Shown in pieces: positions 1-9,809 of a DNA stretch of 64,000 bases. Under the pieces are notes generated by a model. The model was not told where the DNA came from, made no database searches, and worked only from the letters and a program-made list of their open reading frames with translations. A program made the translations under genes and the position numbers. The stretch's first letter is position 1; each line of letters begins with the position of its first letter. This DNA is from Pelagomonas calceolata (taxonomy: Eukaryota): positions 1,922,001-1,986,000 of the forward strand of contig CAKKNE010000004.1 of assembly GCA_918797485.1 (NCBI GenBank), in the 5' to 3' direction.

Positions 1-2
1 AC

Positions 3-611
3 CCGGGGCTGACGCGCGAGGCCGACCGGCCGCTCGCGCAGCGCTACGCGCTCAAGGCGAACGTCTGGCTCGCGATCTTCGGCTGGGTGGGCAACTACTG
101 GTACACGCACTACTTCTACAGCGTCCTGGGCGCGGCCTACACCATGCCGGCGCACCGCGTCAACGGCGTGCCGTGGTGCATGTTCTTCGCGACGCACTTC
201 TACTTCTGCTTCTACCACGTCCTCTCGAACTGCGCGCTGCGGTTCATCGCGACGGGCTACGCCCCGGGGCCGCGGCGCGCGGCCCTCCGGGCCGCGGCGG
301 TGCTCGCGATGGCCTACTTCACGGCCTTCGCCGAGACGCTGACCATCTCGGGCTTCCCCTACTACACCTTCGCGGACCGGGGCCGGGCCTACACCGTCGG
401 CTCGGCCTTCTACGGCCTCTACTTCGTCGTGTCGTTCCCCGCGTTCCTCCTGGTGGACGAGGCCCCCGCGGGCGCGGTGGGGGCGCAGACGCACTCCCTC
501 GCGCGCGCGGCCGTCGAGGCGCTCGCCGCGGCCATGGCCGTCCTCCAGCTCCTGGACTTCGTCCGGCTCGCGCTCGGCATCCCGCTCGTGATCCGGAGCG
601 CGCCCGGCTAG
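3..611 (+). CDS. CPI1: Cycloeucalenol cycloisomerase (cyclopropyl sterol isomerase), 5'-truncated by window edge
   Basis: ANVWLAIFGWVGNYWYTHYFYSVLGAAYT...VP...HFYFCFYH and AFAETLTISGFPYYTF...VGSAFYGLYFVVSFP match the plant CPI1 pattern; the frame is open from the window start. Confidence 0.85.
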   Translation, partial: PGLTREADRPLAQRYALKANVWLAIFGWVGNYWYTHYFYSVLGAAYTMPAHRVNGVPWCMFFATHFYFCFYHVLSNCALRFIATGYAPGPRRAALRAAAVLAMAYFTAFAETLTISGFPYYTFADRGRAYTVGSAFYGLYFVVSFPAFLLVDEAPAGAVGAQTHSLARAAVEALAAAMAVLQLLDFVRLALGIPLVIRSAPG

Positions 612-795
612 GTCGTCGTAAAAGCACGTCGGGGCGACTCCTACGACGCATCGGGGGCGCGCCGTGGAGTGCGGCGGGAGGATGGACGTGGTCGGGAAAG
701 GGGCGGACCGGGCCGGCGGCTTCCGATGCGCACGCGGGCTCATAACGTTCACCGGTCCGGGGCGCTTCTCCGGGAGAGAAGCTAAGGCTAGCGAC

Positions 796-816
796 GGGGG
801 GGGGGGGGGGGGGGGG
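796..816. repeat. Poly-G tract (~21 nt), with (AACCCG)3 nearby at 836-853
   Basis: Read directly from the sequence. Confidence 0.8.
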
Positions 817-1124
817 AGCGGGGCGCGCCGTGTAAAACCCGAACCCGAACCCGAACGTAAATCTCGCCGCACGCACGTTCGTGCGGGGTGGGGCTAAAAA
901 CCCGTCGTCGTCCCAACCGGTAGCGGCAATTAAATTTGGCAAACCCCGCTGCCCGCCGGCCCTGCATCGGCGGCCGGATCTTGGCGCGCATCGCCCCAGC
1001 GACATCCCCCTCTCCGGAGTTCTGGTCGCTCTGCGGCCGCGCGTGGGCTGCCCCCCCGAGTCTCGCTGCCGCGGTGGCCGCTCGGCGGCCTCCCGCGCCA
1101 CCAACCTGACCCCGGGTCGGAACG

Positions 1125-2408
1125 ATGCCCCCGGGCCTCGACGACGCGATGGAGGGGCGGGACGACGACGGCGCGCCGCCGGAGCGCCCGCGCGAGCGGC
1201 GTCGCGTCGCGGAGGACGCGACGCTCGCGCCCGGCCACGCGTACGTGGTCATGGAGAACGTCTACGACAAGCTCCAGCTCCTGGACTGCGCGGGCGGCTT
1301 CGCCCGGCCGCGCGACCAGAAGCCCATCACGCGCTGGGAGTTCGCGGCGCCGGGGCCGAACCCGTCGGTGCAGTTCGCGCTCTTCCTCGAGCTCTGCGGC
1401 TGGCTCGTGGAGCGCGCGACGGGCGACGGTAAAGCGTTTGCCGTGGACAAGTTCGACGACCCGACGACGGCGACCAATAAACTCATGCTCGCGCTGCGGA
1501 AGCTCGAGTTCGGCGCCGACTTCCCGCCGCAGCAGCTCAAGCGGGCGCACGGCGACGCGTGCGTCGGCGTGCTCGACTTTTTGACGGGAAAGGCCGTCGC
1601 GCGGCACTTCGTCTGGCAGCGGCCGGAGTACGACGACGCGGGCGAGGAGGAGCTGCCCGTGGACGAGGACGCGGACGTCGGCGACGCGATCGAGGACGAT
1701 ATTGAAGCCTGCGAGGACGACGAGGCCCTCTTCGTCGAGGCGCCGGCCGACGAGCCCGAGGTCTCCGAGGAGCGCGCGGCGCAGCGCGAGATCCTGAAGA
1801 GCAACGTTGACCGCGTGGCCTGGAAGACGGAGCTCGAGCGCGTCGGCCCGCGGCTCCGCCTCGCGCAGCGGCGCGCGGCGGGCAAGGAGTGGCGCGCGCA
1901 CGTCGACCTCACGCGCGCGTCGGCCGGCGTCATCCGGTCGACGTTCCCGCCGACGCGCGCGCAGCTCGACGACCTCGGCCGCGCCGCGGCGGACGCCTCG
2001 GACACGCTCCGCTCGAAGGAGAACTACATCAACTCGAAGTTCGACCGCGAGAAGGCGGCGTACGCGCGGCTCCGCGAGGAGCTCGACGCGCTGGCCAAGC
2101 GCTCGGGCGCCTCCGAGGAGCGCGTCGCGGCGCTCTCGGGCGAGCTCGCGGGCATCACGGACCAGCTCGACGAGGCCAAGGGCGCCATGGCCGACCGCGG
2201 CAACTCGATGACGGACACGTCGCCCCTCGTCAAGATCAAGCAGGCCCTCAAGGCGATCCGCCAGGAGTGCGTCGACTTCGACCTCCAGATCGGCGTCGCC
2301 GGCCACGCGCTCATGCAGCAGAAGCTCAAGCGCGGCGCCCCCACCAAGGACGAGCCCGCGGCCAAGGCCGCCGGCGACTTCGACGACTCGGACCTCGACT
2401 CGGTGTGA
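1125..2408 (+). CDS. IFT57: Intraflagellar transport protein 57 (HIPPI)
   Basis: DKLQLL..., DKFDDP, WKTELERVGPRL, KEWRAHVD, MTDTSPLVKIKQAL and a C-terminal coiled coil are IFT57 signatures. Confidence 0.92.
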   Translation: MPPGLDDAMEGRDDDGAPPERPRERRRVAEDATLAPGHAYVVMENVYDKLQLLDCAGGFARPRDQKPITRWEFAAPGPNPSVQFALFLELCGWLVERATGDGKAFAVDKFDDPTTATNKLMLALRKLEFGADFPPQQLKRAHGDACVGVLDFLTGKAVARHFVWQRPEYDDAGEEELPVDEDADVGDAIEDDIEACEDDEALFVEAPADEPEVSEERAAQREILKSNVDRVAWKTELERVGPRLRLAQRRAAGKEWRAHVDLTRASAGVIRSTFPPTRAQLDDLGRAAADASDTLRSKENYINSKFDREKAAYARLREELDALAKRSGASEERVAALSGELAGITDQLDEAKGAMADRGNSMTDTSPLVKIKQALKAIRQECVDFDLQIGVAGHALMQQKLKRGAPTKDEPAAKAAGDFDDSDLDSV

Positions 2409-2819
2409 GCCGGCGCCCCTAGCCAGGTCTAATTGCGTTTGGGACCAAGGTCATCCGGTTTACGCGAAAAAAACGCACACCAGGAGATCCCGCATACGTA
2501 AAAAACGGCGGAATAAAGGAGGCATGGCTCCTCCGGAAGCCGGCGCAGGTGTCAGCTAGGCTAGCGGCGGCGCCCGCCGCCCGGCCCGTTTTAACTTTTA
2601 AGACACTAGCTCGCGATCAAAATGCCGCAGAATAAGTCCGCCGCTCACCGGCCACCATTGTAATAGCCATATTATTTATTTAGTTGTTTTGGTGGTACTC
2701 GTCGTCACGCGACACAAGGGGGGCTAGTAGGACTCTAGTGGGGTCATACGACAAGGGCGCGCGCGACGTCTCGCGCAACGGGAGCGGGTTCTCAAAAAGG
2801 CGCGACATCTTGCGCGACG

Positions 2820-3281
2820 CTAGATGAGCCCCATGCCGTTCTCGCGGACGTAGGAGGCCGCCACGACGTCCGACGTGCGCACGGTGATCTCGACCCTGGT
2901 CACGTGCACGGGCGGCAGGCCCGGCAGCTCGCGGATCTTGGCGAGGAGCCCGTCGCAGATGAACTGGGCGACGATCTCGGCCGTCGCGTTGCGGCCTGCG
3001 CGCGGGAACGAGGTGAGGGGGCGCCAATTCGTTCGAGACGCGGGGCGCCGGCCGGCGAACGGCCGGAGCCGGTCGAGGTCCGCGTTCTGGAGCGGCGCGA
3101 GCGTCGCGCCCAGCGCCAGCTGCACGGCCACGAAGTCGATGAGCAGGCCGTCGGGGCCCAGCTCGGGACCGCTGAGCTTCGCGTCAACCAGGGCGGTGAC
3201 TCCCGTGCGGAAGAGCGGCGCGTTGCCCAGCTTGAGCGAGAGCGCGTAGGCACAGCGGTCCTTCACTGTTATGGAGTACAT
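2820..3281 (-). CDS. 6-pyruvoyl/6-carboxy-tetrahydropterin synthase (PTPS/QueD)-like protein, bacterial type, catalytically degenerate; probable in-frame 57-nt GC-AG intron at 2996-3052
   Basis: MYSITVKD...DGLLIDF...NADLD...FAG|RNATAEIVAQFI...VEITVRTSDVVAASY aligns by eye with the actinobacterial PTPS family; removing 2996-3052 restores the FAGxNxTxE spacing. Confidence 0.7.
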   Translation of the reverse strand: MYSITVKDRCAYALSLKLGNAPLFRTGVTALVDAKLSGPELGPDGLLIDFVAVQLALGATLAPLQNADLDRLRPFAGRRPASRTNWRPLTSFPRAGRNATAEIVAQFICDGLLAKIRELPGLPPVHVTRVEITVRTSDVVAASYVRENGMGLI

Positions 3282-3815
3282 GGAGCCCCCGGCCCAGCGC
3301 CGGCGGGCGGGCGGGCTGCGTAGCAATGGTTTCGCGACGACGGCCTAGCTGGCCATCTCAACTTGACGTTGCCGGAGGCGTCCTCGGTATCCCGTCGGCG
3401 GCGACTGGAGCCGTGGCGCGCGCGAGCTGGGTCTGGTCTCGCCGCCGGCCCGCCGCTCTGCTGCGCGCGCGCGCCGCCCGCGGAGATCGGTGACTGGCTA
3501 AGTTGAGTCCTTGACACTTTTGACGCCAAACGCACGTGTGGAGCAAAAGTTTTCGTCCATGATGGGGTTGGGAGGGCCCCTTCGTTCCAGAGGCCTACCG
3601 GACGTCTAGGCGTCTGTTGCTGGGGGTATCGAGCCCATTTGCGAGCTTGTAGGCGGCGACGTGGGACTGAGGACATCGCGGGGCCTTCCCCGAGGCGTCG
3701 AAGCCATCGCGACGCGTCGGTAACCCGCTCTAGAGCCTTAGTTCAGTGTAAGATCATTCACGCTCGTATTGGCGCCGCACAAAAAGCCTCGAGCTCGGGC
3801 TTGCGGTGCTAGCTG

Positions 3816-5586
3816 ATGAAGAAGTTCCAGCCGCTGCGGAAACCGTCGCGGCCGCGGCCCGCGCCGCGGCCGACGAAGCCTCTCCAGTCCATGTTCATAC
3901 AGAACCCCCGGCGGTTCGATTCGCCGGAGCCGACGCAGCTCCACGATACGCTGGTCGAGGCGCGGCCGGCGCCGCAGCCGGTAGCGCCGCCGTCCGAGGC
4001 CCGGGCGCCGCCCGTCCGCGCGCCACCGCCGTCCGCCGGCGACAGCGACGGCGAGGACGCCGCCGAGGCGCCGGCTCGCGCGCCGCCGCGGCCGGCGGTC
4101 CCGCCGTCCGCCGGCGACACGAGCGACGACGACGAATGGGACGAGACGGAGCCCCCGGCGGCCGCGCCGCCGGCCCGCGCGCCGCCGGCCCGCGCACCGC
4201 CGCCGCCGCCGCCGTCCCCGTCGTCGAGCGAAAGCGAAAGCGAAAGCGACAGCGACAGCGACGACGAGGCCCCCGCCGCGGCCGCGCCGCCGCCCGCGGC
4301 CCGCGCGTCGCGGCCGCGGCCGCCGCCGTCCCCCTCGTCGTCGTCGAGCGGCGAGAGCGACGACGAGGGCCCCGCCGCGCCGCCGCCGGCCCGGGCGCCG
4401 TCCCCTTCGCCGTCGTCGTCGTGGGATAGCAGCGACGACGACGACGACGACGACGCGGCGGTGGTGGCGACGCCGGTGGCGCGCGGACTCGGCGCGGCGG
4501 CGTGCCCGCGGATGCCTCGCGTCGGCGACTTCCTGGCGCACCGGCACAACGACGACGCGCCGCTCGAGGCCGAGAAGGTGCTGGGGCGGGTGACGCGGGT
4601 CCAGGTCCGGGGCCAGACCGCGGACATCAGGTGCGCCTGGTTCAACTGCGACGAGGCGACGGGCCACCTCGAGGTCCGGCGGCGGTCCTTCGGCGCGCGC
4701 TGGCGCTTCGCCTCGGTGGGCGAGGCCGCGCGCGAGGCGGCGCGCGCGGCCGAGGCGTGTGACGCGGCCAAGGCGCTCGCCCTCGAGGACGTGGTCTGCC
4801 AGGTCTGCGGGTCGGGCGACGACGAGGCGCAGCTCGTGCTCTGCGACGACTGCGACGCGGGCGCGGCGCACACGTACTGCCTCGAGCTCGGCGCCGTGCC
4901 GGACGCGTGGCGCTGCGACGCGTGCGCGCGGCCCGCGGCGCCGAAGCGGCGGCCGGCGCCGAAGAAGAAGCGCGCGCGGCCGGCGCCGGCGGACGACGAC
5001 GCCGACCTCGTGTGCGCGCCGAAGCGGCGGCCGCCCGTCGCGGCCGACGCCGCGCGGGCGAAGACGATGCCGCGCTGGCCCGTCGTCGGCGACCGGCTCC
5101 TCCAGCGGCACAACGACGTCGACCCGCTCGAGGCCGAGCACGTCCGCGCCCGCGTCTCGGATTTCAGGCCCCACCCCCCGAAGGATACGAGTCTCCGTCA
5201 CGTCCCCGCAGGTGCTCTGCGTGGTCAAGAAGGTGCCCCCGAGCGGCGCCGCGGCGAAGAAGCGCGACTTCGACGTGGCGTTCGAGAACTGCGAGCGGAA
5301 GCGCGGCACGCTGTGCCTCGCGGCGGCGGCGTACGCGGTGAACTGGCGCTTCGCGACGGAGGCGGACGTCGAGCGGCAGCTCGGCGCGCTGGTGGACGAG
5401 GCGTGCGGCGTGTGCGGCCGCCGCGACGACGAGGCGTCCCTGGTCCTCTGTGACGGCTGCGAGGCCGGCGCGGCGCACACGTACTGCCTCGGCCTCGACG
5501 GGGTGCCCGAGGGCGACTGGTTCTGCGCAGCGTGCGCGTCCCAGCGCGGCTCGACGGGCACGCGCAAGACCTCCGTGTCCGTGTAA
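3816..5586 (+). CDS. Double PHD-finger protein with acidic/Pro-rich N-terminus; join(3816..5141,5212..5586)
   Basis: Two C4HC3 PHD fingers (CQVC...LVLCDDC...HTYCL...WRCDAC; CGVC...LVLCDGC...HTYCL...WFCAAC); a 70-nt GT-AG intron at 5142-5211 joins the frames and restores the internal repeat PLEAEH|VLC. Confidence 0.8.
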
Positions 5587-5793
5587 GTCGAGCGCTGCAA
5601 TCACCATTCTATTGTTACGGTGCACTAGTGGCGGATGCCCGGAACTCCATTGTTACGGTGCTAGGACTAGTGGGCGGAGCCCCTGCCCAGGGCTGGGGGG
5701 GAGACACCGCGCGTCGCCGATTCATCGGCGGCGGGCGCGGGCCGCTTCTTTCATAACAGCGTACCTCCCTCTAAGCAGAGCCACACTGTCCGG

Positions 5794-5815
5794 GCTAGCG
5801 GTGTGAGACACTAGC
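5794..5815 (-). promoter_or_regulatory. GCTAG-box intergenic element copy
   Basis: Reverse complement GCTAGTGTCTCACACCGCTAGC; ~220 bp upstream of the PTH2 ATG. Confidence 0.6.
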
Positions 5816-6036
5816 CAGACGAGCCCTGGCACTTTTGTAGTTGTCAAGCAAGGGATCCTCGGCAACAAGGCACGTGGCACTTTTGGGCGCCGCCTTGGCA
5901 TGCAGGAGGTAAGAAATTGAGACCTGCAAATACCTTGACCCATTCGGCATTTCTGCGCTGGCTACTGGCAGGCCATCGCTGTACCCATCGTTAATAACTG
6001 TGCGAGCTCGTTGATTTGCGAGGCACCGTAGGAGCC

Positions 6037-6630
6037 ATGGCCCAGCCGGCGGGCGAGAAGCTCGGCTTCGGCTACTTCGCGGGCCTCCTCGGCGGCGTCG
6101 CGGCCGTCGGCTTCGCCGCCGGCGTCGCGGCCGTCCTGGTCTGCCAGCGCGCCGCGCGGCGCGTCCCGAAGGCGCTCGACTCGGACGACGACGCGTCGGA
6201 CGACGAGGAGGGCGCGCCGCTCGTGGCGGGGGCCCGCTGGGGCCTGCGCGACGCGCCGTACAAGATGCTGCTCTGCATCAACTGCGACCTGCGCGACGAG
6301 GCCGGCAACCGGACGAAGATGAAGCCCGGCAAGGCCGCGGCGCAGTGCTGCCACGCGGTGCTGGGCTGCTACCGGCGCGCGCAGCGCCGGGCGCCGGCGG
6401 CGCTCCGCTGGTGGGCCGCGACGGGCCAGGCCAAGGTCTGCGTCAAGGTGCCCGCCGAGGCGGAGCTGCTCGAGCTGCGCGCGCGGCTCGCGGCGGCGGG
6501 CGTCGTGTCGTACCTCGTCGAGGACGCGGGCCGGACGCAGGTCGCGCCCGGATCGCGGACCGTGCTCGCCGTCGGGCCCGCGCCCGTCCGCGTGCTGGAC
6601 CCGCTCACGAGGCACCTCAAGCTCTACTAA
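6037..6630 (+). CDS. PTH2: Peptidyl-tRNA hydrolase 2 with N-terminal TM anchor
   Basis: KMKPGKAAAQCCHA, GQAKVCVK, DAGRTQVAPGSRTVLAVGP, THLKLY-type C-terminus. Confidence 0.93.
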   Translation: MAQPAGEKLGFGYFAGLLGGVAAVGFAAGVAAVLVCQRAARRVPKALDSDDDASDDEEGAPLVAGARWGLRDAPYKMLLCINCDLRDEAGNRTKMKPGKAAAQCCHAVLGCYRRAQRRAPAALRWWAATGQAKVCVKVPAEAELLELRARLAAAGVVSYLVEDAGRTQVAPGSRTVLAVGPAPVRVLDPLTRHLKLY

Positions 6631-6641
6631 CTTCCTAGCGA

Positions 6642-6665
6642 GATAGTGTCTTACAGGCCGCTAGC
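6642..6665 (+). promoter_or_regulatory. GCTAG-box intergenic element copy
   Basis: GATAGTGTCTTACAGGCCGCTAGC; ~200 bp upstream of ATG 6868. Confidence 0.6.
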
Positions 6666-6867
6666 CCACGCGGGATTTCCTAAGCGCGGGAGACTTCCTC
6701 TAAATCCGAAGCCAAAAAAAACGGGTTTTCCTTTATAGTCTATTTTATTTATTTCAGCATTTAGCCCATCGTCGATCCGGGCGCTTGGGGCAGTAAACGT
6801 AGAGAGCTGCGACGGACAGCTCGTGCGTGCTGGCGTAAAATACTCGCACCGGACGCGAGCAGCCACG

Positions 6868-8428
6868 ATGGACAGCGACTTCTTCATCCCCGGCGGCCTC
6901 TTCGAGGACGACGAGTCGATGCAGAGCATGTCGGGCATCAACCCCGGGGCCCGGGAGTTCCGGCCCACGGAGCCCGAGCCGCGCGCGCGGCGCGCGCAGT
7001 CGGCCGACGCGCCGCCGCCGGCCTTCGCCGGCGGCGGGCTGCTGAGCCCGAGCCAGCTCGGCGCGGCGGCCGCCGCGCCGCGCGGCGCGGGCCCGCCGGG
7101 CCTCGACCCGCGGCGGCCGCGCCTGGGGTCGGCGTCCGGGGCCCCCGGCGCCGGCCTCGGCGACCGCGGCGACGCGTGGCGGCACCACAACGAGCGCATG
7201 ACGACGGCGGCGGCGGCCGCCGCCGCCGCGCTGCGCGCGCTCGCGGAGGAGGACGCCAAGGGCCGCGCGCTCGCGACGTCGTCGGCGGCGTCGTGGGACG
7301 CGGCCCCGGCGGCGGGGTCGGCGCCGGCGGCGCCGGCGCCGGGCCTCGAGGCGCGCCGCGACCGGCGGCCCGGGCCGCCCGCGCGGCCGGCCGCCCCGCC
7401 GCCGCCGCCGTCGCCGCCGCGCGCGCCGGCCGCGCCGGCGGCGGCCGCGCCGCCGCCGCATGTCGTCCCGTCGCCGCCGCCGCCGCCGTCGTTCCGCGCG
7501 CGCGCGCGCGCCGCCGCCGCGCCGCGGCCGCGGCCCCTCGTCCTCGACGCCGTCGACGCCGTCGACGCCGTCGACGCCGGCGCCGGCGCGCCGGGCGACG
7601 CCGGCGAGCGCCGCGCCGCGCCGCGTGCCGGCGCCCGCGCCCCGCGCGCCGCGGCCCGCGCCGCGCGCGGCGCCCGCGCGGCCGGCGCGCCCGCCGTCGC
7701 CGCCGCCGCGCGCCCTGGCGGCGCCGCCGGGCCTCCACCTCGACGCGGCGCGGCGCGTGCGCGAGCCGTCGCCGTCGCGCGCGCCGCCGGCGCCGCCGGC
7801 GCCGGCGCCGCCGCCGCGGTGGCTCGTCGCGGCGGGGCGCGCGGCGGCGGCCGCGCGCGACCCGCGCGCGCTCGCCGCCCGCGCGTGGGCCTGCGTCGTC
7901 GCCGTGCACGCGGCGGCGCTCGCCGAGGCGCGGGGCGCGCCCGCCACGGGCCTCCGGCTGCTGGCGCCCTTCCTCATCTGGGGCGCGGACCGCGCGGTCC
8001 TGGTCGAGGCCGGGCCGTACTGGGCGCCGGCGGCGCTCTGGGCGGCGCTTGTCTTCGGCGACCTCGACCGCCGCGGCGCGGAGAAGGACCGGGCGCGGCG
8101 GCGGCGGCGGCGCGTCCCCGGCGCGCGGCCGGCCGAGCCCGGCGCGGACGCGGCGCGGCTGCCCTACCCCCTGGCGGCGGCCGCGCGGCTGGTCGCGCCG
8201 GCCGCGCTCTTCGTCGCGGCCGCCGGCGCGCGCTGCGCGCTCCTCCAGCTCGACGCGAACGAGGCGCTGGTGCTGGCCTACGCGCTCGTGCTCGCGCGGC
8301 GCCGCCCCCCCCGGGCGGCGCCCTACGTGGCCTGGGCGCTCCACGTCCTTGCGCGCGGCGCTTTTGGTCCGTCGCGCGCGCTGGCCTGGGCGCAGGCCGT
8401 CAGCGCGCTCGCGACCCTGCGCGACTAA
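6868..8428 (+). CDS. Hypothetical protein: N-terminal PAM2-like motif, Pro/Ala-rich linker, C-terminal hydrophobic/TM domain; apparent frameshift at (CG)8, 7495-7510
   Basis: INPGAREFRP resembles PAM2; the sensible reading switches from the 6823 frame to the 7460 frame, and one extra CG in the dinucleotide run would join them. Confidence 0.55.
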
Positions 8429-8474
8429 CCTAGAAGCCTCCGGGTAAGTTTCCTGGGCGGGACTTGACAATTTA

Positions 8475-9386
8475 TTACATACTTGCCGGGGGCGCCGCGG
8501 ATCGGCGCGCCGCGGCGGTCGCAGCGACCCGCGCCGCCCGTGGCGGTGCCGGCGCCGGCTCCCAGTCGTCGCGGGTCCGGACGAGCGTCACGGACCGCCA
8601 GTCGCCGCGGAGCCACCGCTCGTTGTCGACCAGCTCCAGGCGGTCGGGCTCGAAGACGTAGACGAGGACGACGGCCGGCGAGACCGCGGCCAGGATGAAC
8701 CCGAGCGCCAGCGCGAGCACGAACGGCAGCTCGAAGACCCACCGGGCGAAAAGGGCGACGGCCAGCGCCTCCGACACGCCGGGCAGCACCGTGAGCCGCG
8801 CGGCCACGCGCCCCGCGCGCCGGATCGCGCCCACGTCCAGCTCGAGGCCCGACCGCGTCATGATCGTGCCGAGCCCCGCCGCGCGGATCGTCGCCTTGTA
8901 CGCGTGCGTCAGGGCCGCGCCGCGGAACGCGCGCGAGTTCCGCGCGAGCGCGCCGCCCAGGAGCTGGCCCGCGAGCGGCGGCAGCCCAGCCACGCGAGCG
9001 CGCGGCCCGTCGCCGACGCGAACAGCCAGACGCAGAAGATGGCCCAGCCCGGGCCCGCGCGCGGCGCGAGCAGGCCGCCGTGCGCCAGCGGCGTCAGGCA
9101 CGCGGCGCCGTACGCGAGCGCGCTCAGCGCGGCGAGGCCCGCGAGCTCCCACGGCGGCGCCGAGCCACGGATCGTAGGGGACGAACCGCGCCTCGTGGTC
9201 GCGCACTCCCAGCGCCTTGGCAAAGCCCCACGGCGAGTGCCGCCGCGGCGAGTGCCGCCGCGGCGATTCCGGCTCCGCGCGGCGCGGGCTGCCCTCCCCC
9301 GATTTGGCCTCCATCGTGAGCCGCGACGCCGGTTCCGCGCGGCGCGGGCTGCCCGCCTCCAGCTGCTCCGCCCCCCTGGCCTCCAT
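8475..9386 (-). pseudogene. Truncated Na+/H+ antiporter (SLC9B/NHA-like) with two compensating frameshifts and a non-homologous tail
   Basis: LPPLAGQLLGG, IRAAGLGTIMTRSGLELD, RLTVLPGVSEA, LGFILAAVSPAVV match the N-terminal half of NHA; the TM segment WAIFCVWLFASATG lies in another frame; homology stops after AVSPAVV. Confidence 0.65.
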
Positions 9387-9700
9387 CGAGCCCATCGTCC
9401 CGTTGAACCGTGCGCCGCCCGGTGGTCGCGCCCGGCGCCCAAGAGGACGGTCCGGAGGCGCGCAGCGCTTCGACTCCGCGCGAGGATGCCTGCGAGGGCT
9501 GCCCCTCGGCCTTGTGAGAGCTTGCTAGTATGCCGCTTGACTCAGAGATGAAGCCGAGTGCGAGGGCGGAGCCCTGCGGAGGCGTCGCCGGGCGGCCCGC
9601 CGGGACGCGGTAGAGCAGAGGTAACAAATAGCTAGTGGTCGTCAATTTTCCACCTTTTTGTGTTTGCTGCACCCTCCTAACTCTTCGCGGCCGCCGTATT

Positions 9701-9772
9701 TCCCATCGGCAGCGAACGTGCTGCCGCCGCCGCCGTGCGTCCCACCGGCAGCGAACGTGCTGCCGCCGCCGC
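9701..9772. repeat. 39-bp tandem duplication; each unit has a GGCAGC-N6-GCTGCC hairpin; lies upstream of purU
   Basis: TCCCAYCGGCAGCGAACGTGCTGCCGCCGCCGC starts at 9701 and 9740. Confidence 0.8.
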
Positions 9773-9809
9773 TGCCCCGCGCCCCGGCGCCCCGGCCGCG
9801 CCGCGTCCC

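Noticed and set aside
8478..8520. ATACTTGCC as a U1 snRNA 5' end
   Set aside because: Mismatch to ATACTTACCTG, no U1 stem-loops or Sm site, and it is antisense to the NHA ORF end
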